Assembly (NCBI GenBank): GCA_010909165.1
Contig: MU008165.1
Span: 1,674,001-1,738,000 of the forward strand
DNA from: Anthoceros angustus
Lineage: Eukaryota > Plantae > Anthocerotophyta
DNA: 64,000 bases
Direction of reading: 5' to 3'
A program made the translations under genes and the position numbers. This document shows, piece after piece, positions 50,301-62,636 of this stretch. The notes under the pieces were generated by a model. The model was given only the letters and a program-made list of their open reading frames with translations, had not been told where the DNA came from and made no database searches. The stretch's first letter is position 1. The number at the start of each line of letters is the position of its first letter.

Positions 50301-53300
50301 CTAAAAAATCACAAAGTCCAGTTTTTGAGGCAAGACTTGCCCTAAAATTTTTGACAATTTTTGAATTATTTTGTATTTGTTTTGATATTTGTTGTTTTAA
50401 AGGGGTTCCTTTCGACGCTTTCAACCTTTTGTGCACCTCCCTAATGTGGATATGTTCTTATCTTTACTTAACCTCATCTTTTTCTAGTGGTTAAAACTTT
50501 GAACTAGTAGTGAGAACCTTTTGCATCTTTTGAATCTTGAGACGCTTGGCGTGGCCAGCCCAAGTGGACCATGCCACTCTCATTCTCGTAGATGTGGATC
50601 AAGAATATCAGGTCAACGAAGATATTATTGTCCCCAATGTCTAAGAAACAAAGTCCTGTAAAATTCTCGAGCGAGAGTATAGTCTTAGGATTGAGTATGA
50701 ATGAAGTGCGCAAACAAGTTTGCACTGTACCAGCAAGCCCTAAAACTCTAATGTTTAGTATCGTCAACACCGCAATGATTGCGGATGTTGGAGACTTAGA
50801 TGTGCGCGCATAAGTTTCTTGTGATGTCGATTTGAAAGAAAAAGCGAGAATGGGACTTTAGGTTTTGCCACGTACTTGCAATCTACAATCTCAAATAACG
50901 TGTATCAAAACAATTATTCAAAAGGTTGCGGGTGACATGTCCGCAGAGAAATACCAAAAAGGCGATTATAGTGCGGATTTTTCAAGTGCAAAAGGGTCCG
51001 CCACATCCATGTGCAAACCGCGTTCTTAAATGATATACTCCAAGAAGAGATTTACATTAAGCCGGATGGATACATACCACCAGGCAAGAACACTTTGGTC
51101 CGTAGCTTCACGAAGCCTTTACGGCCTCAAGCAATCTGGTAAGGAATGGTATGATGAATGTTAGAGATCTCTCACAAGTTTAGGATACACTAAGAGTAAT
51201 GTGGAGGCTAGTGTATTCATCAAACATAGGTTCAATCTGATGATGGGCATCTATGTAGATGTCATTATGATATCCAATCATGCGAAATATTTAGCATAAT
51301 CCAAAGTCGAGCTCATAGCAATTCTCCATGATGCATAAATGGAATTATGCGATTGCCGGGTGTTCAAGTGAAGTATAATCCACCTCAACATAGCATTACA
51401 CTTCATCAAGAGCATTTTGTTCGATGTACTTGATAAATTCAACATGTCGAACCATAAACCCTGATACTCCGAATGCATGTGTCCTCGACTAAGCAAGACG
51501 ATGTGTCCCCAAACTCCTATAGAACAAGAGGAAATGAGCTCTGTCCATATCCCAGAGTCAGAGGCGCCTTCACCATCTCGTATACTCGGCTTGACATTGC
51601 TCTACCAACTTCATTTACCTCTCAATTTCTTTCTAATGTTGGTGTCACATTTAGAAAGGGTTTCTCATCAAAGGGGTTTTGGAAAAAATCCCAACCCTAT
51701 TCACGGAAACCAAGTTGGTTTGGTTTTGTTGGTTTTGTAGGTGTTCATCCATCGGTTTGGGCATTCTCGGCCCGCACCACTTCCTACCGAGTCATTTACA
51801 CCGCATTACGCCTTGTACTCGTTCATGGCGATTTAGTTTGTGATGAAGGGCTAGTGACCTCATTGTTCCATAATTTCGTCATGTCCGTACGGTTCATCCA
51901 AAGAAAAAAGAGCAAAAGTCTAAAAACCCTTAAAACCCTAAAAAATCACAAAAGTCCAGTTTTTGAGGCAAGACTTGCCCTAAAATTTTTGACAATTTTT
52001 GAATTATTTTGTATTTGTTTTGATATTTTGTTGTTTTAAAGGGTTCCTTTCGACGTTTTCAACCTTTTTTGTGCACCTCTCTATTGTGGATATGTTCTTA
52101 TCTTTACTTAACCCTCATCTTTTTCTAGTGGTTAAAACTTTGAACTAGTAGTGAGAACCTTTTGCATCTTTTGAATCTTGAGACGCGTTTGGCGTGGGCC
52201 CAAGTGGACCATGCCACTCTCATTCTCGTAGATGTGGATCAAGAATATCAGGTCAACGAAGATATTATTGTCCCCAATGTCTAAGAAACAAAGTCCTGTA
52301 AAATTCTCGAGCGAGAGTATAGTCTTAGGATTGAGTATGAATGAAAGGTTGGTGCGCAAACAAGTTTGCACTGTACCAGCAAGCCCTAAAACTCTAATGT
52401 TTTGTATCGTCCAACACCGCAATGATTGCGGATGTTGGAGACTTAGATGTGCGCGCATAAGTTTCTTGTGATGTCGATTTGAAAGAAAAAAGCGAGAATG
52501 GGACTTTAGGTTTTGCCACGTACTTGCAATCTACAATCTCAAATAACGTGTATCAAAACAATTATTCAAAAGGTTGCGGTGACATGTCCGCAGAGAAATA
52601 CCAAAAAGGCGATTATAGTGCGGATTTTTCAAGTGCAAAAGGGTCCGCCACATCCATGTGCAAACCGCGTTCTTAAATGATATACTCCAAGAAGAGATTT
52701 ACATTAAGCAGCCGGATGGATACATACCACCAGGCAAAGAACACTTTGGTCCGTAAGCTTCACAGAAGCCTTTACGGCCTCAAGCAATCTGGTAAGGAAT
52801 GGTATGATGAATGTTAGAGATCTCTCACAAGTTTAGGATACACTAAGAGTAATGTGGAGGCTAGTGTATTCATCAGAAACATAGGTTCCGAATGCTGATG
52901 ATGGGCATCTATGTAGACGATGTCATTATGATATCCAATCATGCGAAATATTTAGCATAATCCAAAGCTGAGCTCATGCAGCAATTCTCCATGATGTATA
53001 ATGGAATTATGCGCGGTGTTCAAGTGAAGTATAATCCACCTCAACATAGCATTACACTTCATCAAGAGCATTTTGTTCGATGTACTTGATAAATTCAACA
53101 TGTCGAACCATAAACCCACACTCCGACATGCATGTGTCCTCGACTAAGCAAGACGATGTGTCCCCAAACTCCTATAGAACAAGAGGAAATGAGCTCATCC
53201 CATATACAGGAGTCAGAGGCGCCTTCACCATCTCGAAATACTGGCTTGACATTGCTCTACCAACTTCATTTACCTCTCAATTTCTTTCTAATGTTGGTCC

Positions 53301-55010
53301 CGCAACATCATTTAGAAAGGGGTTTCTCCAAAGGGGTTTTGGAAAAAATCCCAACCCTATTTCACGGAAACCAAGTTGGTTTGGTTTTTGTTGGTTTTGT
53401 AGGTGTTCATCCATCGGTTTCGGGCATTCTCGGCTCACTTCCTGTCACACATTGGCGCCTTGTACTCGAGGTTCATGGCGATTTAGTCGGTGTGATGAAG
53501 GGCTAGTGACCTCATTGTTCCATAATTTCGTCGTAATGTAGTTTACGCATTTTGTGTGGTTTTGTATGTTTTGTATACCGGGGGCCTAGTATAAGTGCGC
53601 GTCTAAACAACGCTATCATAAACTTGTACGCCTGTGCAAAGAGCGAAAAATAATCTTCTAATGGGGAAACATGTCCTTTTGGAGGTCCTAAGGATGTCTG
53701 GAACTCCCAAAATAACAAGTAGTAGACATCGTGGAGGTTCACCTAGACCGCTCTCATATCTATCCTATGCCCTAATGCGACGAGAAGAACACCCTATCCC
53801 CTTTTATCCTTTACGGTGTTTTTCTCTTTCGTGGTGACCTAGTCTTGGTTATCATCAAACATGCTAGGGGCCCGGTGGTGAACAAGTGCATGTACCGGAG
53901 GGGCCAGCGTCGCGCACAATGCGCGCACCCGAGGCGGGGGCCGGGTGCGCGCGCACAGGGGCGGGTCGCAGGGGCAGGGGCCGGGCTTGGGGCAGGGGCC
54001 GGTGCTGCCAGCCGAGGGCAGTGCACGCACAGAGCCCGGTGCACGTGCACCCAAGGTCAAGAAGGGCCTAGGAGCATGAACCCATATGGTTCATGCCTCC
54101 TAGTGCATTCCTGCAGTTCATCCAAAGAAAAAAGAGCAAAAGTCTAAAAACCCTTAAAACCCTAAAAAATCACAAAAGTCCAGTTTTTGAGGCAAGTGCC
54201 AGACTTGCCCTAAAATTTTTGACAATTTTTGAATTATTTTGTATTTGTTTTGATATTTTGTTGTTTTAAAGGGTTCCTTTCGACGCTTTCAACCTTTTTG
54301 TGCACCTCTAATGTGGATATGTTCTTATCTTTACTTAACCCTCATCTTTTTCTAGTGGTTAAAACTTTGAACTAGTAGTGAGAACCTTTTGCATCTTTTG
54401 AATCTTGAGACGCTGGGCCCACTCCAAGTGCGACCATGCCACTCTCATTCTGCAGCATGTGGATCAAGAATATCAGTCAACGAAGATATTATTGTCCCCA
54501 ATGTCTAAGAAACAAAGTCAGAAAATTCTCGAGCGAGAGTATAGTCTTAGGATTGATTGGTAAGAATGAAAGGTTGGTGCGCAAACAAGTTTGCGCACAA
54601 TTACAGAAGCCCTAAAACTCTAAATGTTTTGTATCGTCCAACACCGCAATGATTGCGGATGTTGGAGACTTAGATGTGCGCGCATAAGTTTGCGCTAATT
54701 CGTGGTCCTTTGAAAGAAAAGCCGAACGAGAATGGGACTTTAGGTTTTGCCACGTACTTGCAATCTACAATCTCAAATAACGTGTATCAAAACAATTATT
54801 CAAAAGGTTGCGGTGACATGTCCGCAGAGAAATACCAAAAAGGCATTAAAAGGATTTTTCAAGTGCAAAAGGGTCCGCCACATCCGGTGCAAAAGGGTTT
54901 GAAGAAACCCCTTTCTAAACAGACAAGTTCCACCTCCGGATTGCAAGAAACGCATCCTTCGATACTTGCAAGGTACCAAGAAGAAGGGAATTAAATATCA
55001 AGGTACGTCA
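47340..55010 (+). mobile_element. Ty1/Copia RT fragment split by a TIR element and partly tandem-repeated
   Basis: Motifs 'WVLRKKYN', 'LKARFVAR', 'HQLDVQTAFLN', 'LYGLKQSG', 'IYVDD' and 'SQFLSNVG' up to 48239. The frame resumes after 54924 as 'KRILRYLQGTKKKGIKY'. Extra RT copies at ~51010-51640 and ~52655-53300. Confidence 0.85.
48240..54924. mobile_element. Non-autonomous TIR DNA transposon (~1.6-kb unit, PIF/Harbinger-like), present as several partial tandem copies
   Basis: Perfect 22-bp TIR GTCTGTTTAGAAAGGGGTTTCT (48240) / AGAAACCCCTTTCTAAACAGAC (54903-54924). GC-rich core of GTGCACGCACAA / GCACTGGGGCAG repeats. One unit spans ~53310-54924. No clear TSD. Confidence 0.7.
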
Positions 55011-55069
55011 AGAATTAAATATCAAGATACTTGCAAGTCATTTGTTTACATAGGACGTCCCACACACTC

Positions 55070-55430
55070 CTTTTCCTTGTGCTCGAAGCACATTGGAAAT
55101 GTGGCTTACAAACTACAATTGCCTAATTGGATCCTCTTTCATGCTGTGTTTCATGTGTCTATCTTGAAATTTTCCTTGTGCTCGAAGTACATTGAAAATG
55201 TGGCTTACAAACTACAATTGCCTAATTGGATCCTCTTTCATAATGTGTTTCATGTGTCTATCTTGAAACCATTTGTGATTTCGAAAGAGAATGAGGATAT
55301 GAACTCGAAGGACTATGTCACCTTGGTTCAACACAGACCTCATGGGCTATGGGAGATTGTTGAATTCCTAGCAGAGAGAAGCGCTTGCTATTCGTGGTTA
55401 TGTATGAAGGAATTTGGTAAGGCTTTGTGA
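55070..55430 (+). mobile_element. Gypsy (chromovirus-like) integrase C-terminus/chromodomain remnant with a ~99-bp tandem duplication
   Basis: 'IGNVAYKLQLPNWILFHAVFHVSILK' occurs twice, followed by a chromodomain-like start 'WEIVEFLAER'. Confidence 0.75.
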
Positions 55431-55787
55431 TTATGCAGATCCTGTATGGGTTTCACTTGTAGGTGTGCAATAACGATCATGGGAGACCTCACGTTACATT
55501 GGAGGTCATAAAGGACAATGATATCTTCTCAATGGAGGAGAGAGTAATGGTACTAGTGAAATAAGATGGAAAGGTGAAAAGTTAAAAGAGATGAAAAGAT
55601 AATTAGTAGCAGTCTATTAAGAAAATGCACGCGTTGCATGCTTCATACAATCTCCTATTAGAGAGGAATTGTTGCAACTACTAATGAAGAGCTACCTAGA
55701 GAGGACTCTTAATGATCAGTGGTTTACAAGAATTCCCTAAGTTAGTAGTTGCCGAGTCAAGGCGAACCTGCGTATGAGGACTAGAGC

Positions 55788-56100
55788 AAGGGCTTAGTAT
55801 CATTGAGTTCATTGTACGTTGCAAGCCTTATGTTGAGAGAGTTGTGGAGAGCTTCACTAGTGCATTTTGAGGAGCATTATTACAATACCCAATTCTAAAA
55901 TAAAAAAAAGGCTTCGTATCATTAAGTTCATTGTACTTTGCAAGCTTTATGTTGAAAGAGTTATAGAAAGCTTCACTAGTGTATTTTGAGGGGCGTTATT
56001 ATAATGCCCAATTCCAAAATAAAAAAGGGCTTAGTATCATTGAGTTCATGATTGGGTGCAAGCCTTATGTTGAGAGAATTGTGGAGAGCTTCACTAGTGG
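55788..56100. repeat. ~120-bp tandem repeat x ~2.6 (extra partial copy ~56510-56560)
   Basis: AAGGGCTTAGTATCATTGAGTTCAT...GCAAGCCTTATGTTGAGAG...AGCTTCACTAGTG recurs at ~55788, 55908 and 56026. Confidence 0.85.
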
Positions 56101-56632
56101 GCTTGTCCCTAAATCAAGGATTGTGGAGAGGTTCACTAGCTTGTGGAGAGGTTCACTAGATTGTGGAGAGCTTGTCCTTGAATAAAGGACAATAACCAAC
56201 TGGGCATAGATAGACAGACTTAAATCAAGGTCACTAGGTCAAACCAAAGACAATAATCAATGTCAATAGATCGAACCAAAGACAATAACCATTCTGTCAA
56301 ATCAAAAAGCAATAAAGAGCAATAACCATTTGGGCATGGATAGCCAGACTCAAGTGTATATTCTGTAAGTAAAGAGCATTACGGCCGGATACTGGGAGCC
56401 TAACGTTGCATCATGACATTGAGAGCCTGAGAGTTGTGCAAGTCTCTGTGGATGAATTGAAGAGGCCAAATTCGTTGGGAGGCCACCACTTGTCACTTCC
56501 TCTCATCGGCCATTTCGAGGGGTGTTACTATAGTGCCCAATTCCAAAATAAAAAAGGGAAAAACTCCTGCGCAAAAAATAAAACCTCTTGAATAAAAACT
56601 GTATAACCGGGAAGCTACACAATCCTTTCCGA

Positions 56633-59258
56633 TCAAATCGGCGACCGATTGCCTCCCTGCTCAAATCCAAAGTTCGAGAAGATTTCCTGCCCAAGAACAA
56701 GGCAAATCAATACATCAACTACAGTACACTGTCAGTACATCTGAATTCACCTTGAGTTCGTCGAAGACTTACAAATTGATCCTTTACTGCATACGTCACA
56801 CAATAGTGCTCCTGAAAGACGACGCACCATCGGCACGTCAGAAAATTTCCATGAACGTCTCAATCCTTACAAACCGTAAATACCTTTCAAACAGACCTGC
56901 ATGATGTGCCACTCTTCGAACTCGTCAAAGATTTCCAATCGTTCCACTCTGCAGCAACCCACAAATTTGCATTGATTGTTGGCCACCCGACCTACGAACC
57001 AGAGATGTGACACGGCTACCAACCTCCTCCTGTCAGCTGCATCCACATGCTCATTGTAGATAGAATCCATATCCAGTCCTCGAGCTCTCTGCAAAGAGCC
57101 AAACAAAAGGGTGTACTTAGAAGTGGGCATAAGGACTCCCTGCTGGAAGAGGCGGACCACCTGGCTAAGAGAACAGCTACCTGCCAGCCTAGATCAATAA
57201 ACCTTTGCTCCTTCGCAGCAAGAGTCGGCGTGTCCCTGAGCCCTAATAATGGACAGCCCCGGCTCTGCAAGGTTGCAAAACAATGGAGAGTTCACTTGCT
57301 ATAACCAAGGGACTGTACAAAAAACGACAAATCTTGACTAAAAAATCTAGTCAGATGACGCTGTGCACCCCTGTAGGGCTCAACGGCCTGATTAAAACCA
57401 CCAAGCACTCTAGGTACCTTCACATACCTCCAGATTCCTCATCATCTGCTGGCCGAATGCGTCATCTGGATGAATCTGGCACATGCCGAGATTATAAACA
57501 GCTGAAAATTATCGGTCCATCCACATGAACGGTTCGGCATTGCGAACATTTTGCCTCCTGGTATACTGAAACATGTGACAACAGAGTATATTCCCCTAGT
57601 CCGAAAGCCAATCACAGCCAAAAACAAGTTCATAAAGCTACAGAGGAGGGTCAATTGAAACAAGAAGATGAAAGGGTAGAACACTCGCACTGTGACACAG
57701 ATGCAAAACAAAGGAGGATCAAGAACCAACCTGCTCATAAATAACAAATGCCGCAGTTTCCAGCTTGTCTCCACCCCATTTGATCAGATTTCGGCTTGTT
57801 TCAGGCTCCATGTAAATCAGTACACACTCGGCGATGATTAAAGTTGGTGCCCTAGAGAGGAAAGACAGGCCAGCGCTGTCAGGTAAGTGTTCCCAGTTCT
57901 CATACGAGATGAGGCATTACAACTCCTTCTACTCGAACAACGAACCAAGACTCCATAGAGAGGATACAAGTAGATGGTGAGGGTGGTGAATCTTCCACCT
58001 GACATTGAGTTTGGCTTTGTCAAATGCTGCATTCAGGGCCTTTAGATCTCGTAAGTCAACAGGGAACAGTGAGTAGTGCTCACTCTGAACTTCTCCAGTC
58101 TCTGCGGTAGTGTAGGATGCAAAAGCCATACAATGGTAAGGCAGGTGACACTGCTCTGTGCTAGCACCTCTTCTTGAGAAGAACATGCTGGAAAAGCGAG
58201 CAGCAAAAAACAGGCCATTATAACCACGTATGACATCCACAATGGGATAATTTCCACGTGACTGTACCCCTATGTATATGAGCCCCTTCCCCCAGTCTCT
58301 TTCTAAGCTCCTCGTGCGCTGATATAATTGCTGCCTTCTTGCTTGTGACCTGTTTCGGTAAGGTGATAACTCCGTCCTCCTAAAGTCAAAGGAGCTCACA
58401 AGCAAAAGCACTGACTACAGGGAAGTACCTCCAAGAAGTCAAGCTCAACATAGTGACACTTATTTCTGTCTTCTTCCTGATACCATACACAAGGATGTTA
58501 GGACTACTCCCGAATGCTGCCGACTGACAACTAGCGGCATAACTTCGAGCACCCACCTTGAGTTGAAAGAATGTGGTATCAAATCCTGCTCCAAACGACA
58601 AGATCTGCTTCTGTGAGGTCAAACCCTCCACACCCTCAGGCCATTCAGCTGCCAAAAACTGCAGCAGGAGCTTGCGCATGGCAGCAAATCTCGCATAGTA
58701 ACCTATCAGGACAGACCAAACCGTCAAATCCAGAATACCTCATTCCCAAAAGCCCTCGCTGCCAGAAAATCATCATATGGACTCCTGATTAGTAGAGAAA
58801 ACGCATAGACAGCATTCTCCCCGTGGAAAAAGTCCTACGGTTGTCTGGCCGCTGCTCTACATGAAAATTCATGCAGAGCTTTTCCTGTTGGCAAAATATG
58901 TGCTCGCTCACTCCACTACAAAGAAGTGACCAAACTCAGCCTGCCATATGAGCAAGTGAAGCTTCCGAATAAACAACAAGCACGTCACTCACTACTGTCC
59001 ATCACTCATCCCGTACCCCGGTTAATAATCGGCGATCTCTTCACGGGCCGTCTCACGAAGAAGTGCACAAAGTCGTCTTCAATGTACCCCCGCTTCACAC
59101 AGGACCTGCCCCGACGCCGTTGTCACCCAGTGAGACTCGCCACGAGCCAACTTACAGCAGACACCAAACTCCGAAACCCAGCGTCTGATCACATACAGCT
59201 TACTGGCGGATGCATCGTCATTGGTAGCCTGCACGGCCGCTCTGCTGCTGCCTGACAT
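56633..59258 (-). CDS. LCMT1: Leucine carboxyl methyltransferase 1 (PP2A methyltransferase, SBI1-like), multi-exon
   Basis: Starts '[21 protein letters not shown]'. Further blocks '[30 protein letters not shown]', 'YYARFAAM', '[17 protein letters not shown]', '[10 protein letters not shown]', '[10 protein letters not shown]', '[16 protein letters not shown]'. Some internal exon edges were not fixed. Confidence 0.92.
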
Positions 59259-59327
59259 CTCACAGCATCCAGAAGTGAAAAAGCTATACTATCTCTATGT
59301 CAGTCTTGATTCTCGCCCTAAATTGGT

Positions 59328-59434
59328 GCGTGCTTCTTATAGCTAGGTGGAAGACTGTGTTCGGGAATCGAAACTTAGGCGTGCTTCTTATAGCTAGGTG
59401 GAAGACTGTGTTCGGGAATCGAACCTTAGGGTTT
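59328..59434. promoter_or_regulatory. Bidirectional promoter with a 51-bp tandem duplication and a telo-box
   Basis: GCGTGCTTCTTATAGCTAGGTGGAAGACTGTGTTCGGGAATCGAA..TTAG x2 (59328, 59379), followed by TTAGGGTTT. It lies between the divergent ATGs at 59258 and 59532. Confidence 0.65.
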
Positions 59435-59531
59435 CGGTTGCTTTGGACTGAAAACGTGCAAGTATCCATCACTATGCATATCAGTCTTGGTCTCGGTTAA
59501 GCAGTTCTGTGCGCTTGTCCAGGCGAGATCA

Positions 59532-61285
59532 ATGGAGGCCGTGGTGTTGGACAGCGGCTCCCGCTTCCTGAAGGCGGGATTTGCGCTCCCTGACCAGCCT
59601 CCATCTCTTGTACGTGTCGCATTCATCAATTGCTTCCTTCGTTGATTTTAGAGAGAACAAGACTTTGGAAGGAAAAATGTGCTGTCCCCCCCAGGTCGGG
59701 AAGTTGATTTTGCAAATGGACGTCGTCTAATTTTCTTGAGAGGCATCGGCTGTCTGGTTCGCGAGGTCGCCATGGGAGCTGAGACTGTGCCATGAATTCA
59801 GGTCATTCCCACCACCATGACTCCGTACAGTGAGGACGATGCAGACAACCTCTATAACACGAATGGTGAATTGAGGACCTTCGAGGAGGTTCATCCTATA
59901 GAGAGGGGAATGATCAAAGATTGGGATGCAGTAGAAGATTTATGGCGGTATACGCTGTACACGGGAATGGGTTGGGAAATAGGGAACGAGGGCCAGGTTC
60001 TGGTAGCGGAGCCCTTGCTGACCCCCAAGGTTAGAATGCCGAGGCGCTGTCATCTAGTCTCTCCTTCTGCAGCTTCAAGTTAGACCGGTGTTTACAGTCT
60101 GACCAGGTTGGGTGGAGTGGGGTAGCAGATATCCAGAGAGAGGATGGTCCAGACTATGTTCGAGACGTTCAATGTGAGCGGGCTGTATGCTGTGGAGCAA
60201 GCGGTTTTGTCCCTTTATGCAGTTGGTCGCATCACTGGCTGCACGGTTGACGTTGGCCACGGGAAGATAGGTGATTTTCCGGCACTCTCTCTTTTGTTGC
60301 TGAGCAAAATTGTTTGAATCCGGATTTGTTTGGCGGAAGTGCACTGACAGGAATCTGAATGGTCTACAAGACCCTATCTTGCATGTGTGACAGACATAGC
60401 TCCAGTGTGGGAGGGAGCAGTTCAGCACAATGGAGTAAAGAGGTTTGAGCTTGGGGGGCACGACTTGACGGTCCTGTTGAGCAAGGAGCTTAGTCGATCA
60501 CAGCGGGAAGTCGCCTTGGATTACTCAACGGTAGAGTCCTTGAAGGAACTTTACGGAGTTGTAGCTGATGACAAATCAACATACGATGCGACTGTAGAAG
60601 CCTGTGATCCAGTGGAGCATACCCTTCCGGATGGCAAGGTCAGGGGGTCCTTACACCGTTGTGAAGCTGACAGGCCAAAACCGTGGTTCTCACCTACTTT
60701 CTCTGATGCGTGCAGGTTATCAAAATAGGTAGAGAGAGATATACGACCGGTGAAGCCCTGTTCCAGCCGCTACTGGCTGGTGCGGAAGATTATGGCATTG
60801 CTGAGCAATTGCTTAGGTGTGTCATATTATGTGCGCCCCTTGAGAACCAGAAGCAGATGGTTGAGAACATCGTTCTCTGTGGAGGCACTTCGTCGCTAGC
60901 AGGCAGTACAAGCACTCCAATCCCTTTTTTCTTTTACTGCTATTTGCAGTGGCACTCTAAACGTGGGCCGTCTGCAGGGCTTGATCTGAGGTTCCAGAGG
61001 GAGGCCATCATGGCAGCACCTCCGTCAGTCCGGCCTACTTTAGTCAAGGTACTGGAGGATTCATGTGTTTATGCTACGTTGCCAATCACAGTTTTTTTCA
61101 TTTTCCAACCTCTCCGCTTGTGTATGCTGCAGCCACCGGAGTATATGCCAGATAACACGTTGCAGAATTCTGCTTGGATGGGGGGTGCCATTCTGGCCAA
61201 AGTGGTCTTCCCCCAAAATCAGCATATAACCAAAGCAGAGTACGACGAAGGAGGACCCACTGTCATCCACAAGAAGTGCTCTTAA
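59532..61285 (+). CDS. ARP7: Actin-related protein 7 (nuclear ARP), multi-exon
   Basis: Blocks '[24 protein letters not shown]', '[32 protein letters not shown]', '[18 protein letters not shown]' and the C-terminus '[36 protein letters not shown]'. Confidence 0.94.
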
Positions 61286-61418
61286 GGCGAAGAGCTTGGT
61301 ACCAAGGAGTTCCTAGGTTAGAACAAATGTGTACCCCAAGGCATAGTCCGTCCTTTTGTACAAAAAATTTCGACTGCCGGCTGACGTTGGAAATGAGCAC
61401 ACGTGTTTGAGCGTCAAA

Positions 61419-61937
61419 TTATAATTTCAGCCGCAGGTGCAGTGAGCAAGATGAACATGGTAGAAGAAGTGATATTAAACCATCCGGAGAAATTTCCGCC
61501 CCAGCTATGCCTGTTTTGCCAGCCTGCTCCAACTCATCAGTGGAGATGGAGAAGAAATCCCCGCACCTGCAGAGATAAGCATACCCCCAGTCCTTCACTT
61601 CGTCCATGTCCTCCAGCAGGATCTCATCGAAGATGACCTTAGAAGACAGCTCCCTATCTTTAGCCGCTCTCTGTGCCACAAGAAACTGATCGTAGGCTGC
61701 CCTTGACTCCTTACAGCTCAGAACCTCCCAAGCTCTTTGAATCCTCAGAAACCCCTCACACTGCACCACTCCCCCGCCCTGGGACTTGTCTGGGTGGAGC
61801 GTCAGGACGGCGGCTCGGTACCTCTGTCGGATCTCAGAATACTCGGCATCCGGACCGACATCCAAAGCCTCGTAGAAGCTCGTGCTTTCCGTCTCAAACT
61901 CCCCCGCATGCAGGTGATTACGATCTCTTGAACCCAT
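61419..61937 (-). CDS. DPH4: DPH4 homolog (J-domain plus CSL zinc finger; diphthamide biosynthesis), single coding exon
   Basis: J-domain with HPD ('LHPDKS') and 'FLRIQRAWEVLS'. CSL finger 'YAYLCRCGDFFSI...LPCSSCSLHLRL'. First ATG at 61937. Confidence 0.9.
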   Translation of the reverse strand: MGSRDRNHLHAGEFETESTSFYEALDVGPDAEYSEIRQRYRAAVLTLHPDKSQGGGVVQCEGFLRIQRAWEVLSCKESRAAYDQFLVAQRAAKDRELSSKVIFDEILLEDMDEVKDWGYAYLCRCGDFFSISTDELEQAGKTGIAGAEISPDGLISLLLPCSSCSLHLRLKL

Positions 61938-62066
61938 GCCTGAGATAACCGAGATGGGACTCGAACAGGAAAGCGGACTGATCACACTTGCCTTGAGTAT
62001 CACCAAACAATGCCAAACAATGTCTGCTCCAATCCTAACTTGCAACCCTAATTCATGGTGTCCAGG

Positions 62067-62636
62067 CTAGCCATTTCCCTCATCCTTCACCATAGCTTGA
62101 CTGCTGTCAGCTGCTGTCTTAGCTTTCCCAAAATCAATGCCTTGAAACTTGAGCCTGGAATCGATGTACCGTGTGCCGAAAGCAGAGCCAAAGCCCCATC
62201 CTAGACCGAATCCAACCCCGCAGCCTCCACCTGCAAGGAGTTGCCGACCCAAATACGCAGGTCATCACCACACACACCAACCATCCCCTAACCACAGCAC
62301 CAACACCCCGAACGATCTGCTAGATTACCTACACCAAGGCCCAATGTCTGCACAGAAGCTCCTGCAAACGATCCGATCACACACTATATCAGAACAGGGC
62401 AACAACATCACACAAGAGATTCAGGCCAGATCAAAATGCAGAAGCAGCCATCTCTCTACCTCCGAATCCCCAGCCAACTCCAAATCCGCAGCCAACTCCA
62501 AAACCTGTCAAAACAGAGAGTAGAAGCGACATCGGAGATGCACATGAAGCACCCACCGGTAGGCAGGGACACAGTTCAACAGATACGCTACAGTACCGAG
62601 GCCGACACCACGACCATTGAAGAATCCGATCACCAT
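62067..62636 (-). CDS. TGD5: Trigalactosyldiacylglycerol 5, small glycine-rich plastid-envelope protein, 4 exons
   Basis: The spliced product is [73 protein letters not shown]..., matching the TGD5 glycine-repeat pattern. All introns are GT-AG and phase 1. Confidence 0.88.

Noticed and set aside
61938-62045. 36-aa N-terminal extension of DPH4 shown in the ORF track
   Set aside because: It starts at a non-ATG codon and contains intron-like signals. The first ATG at 61937 gives a normal-length DPH4.
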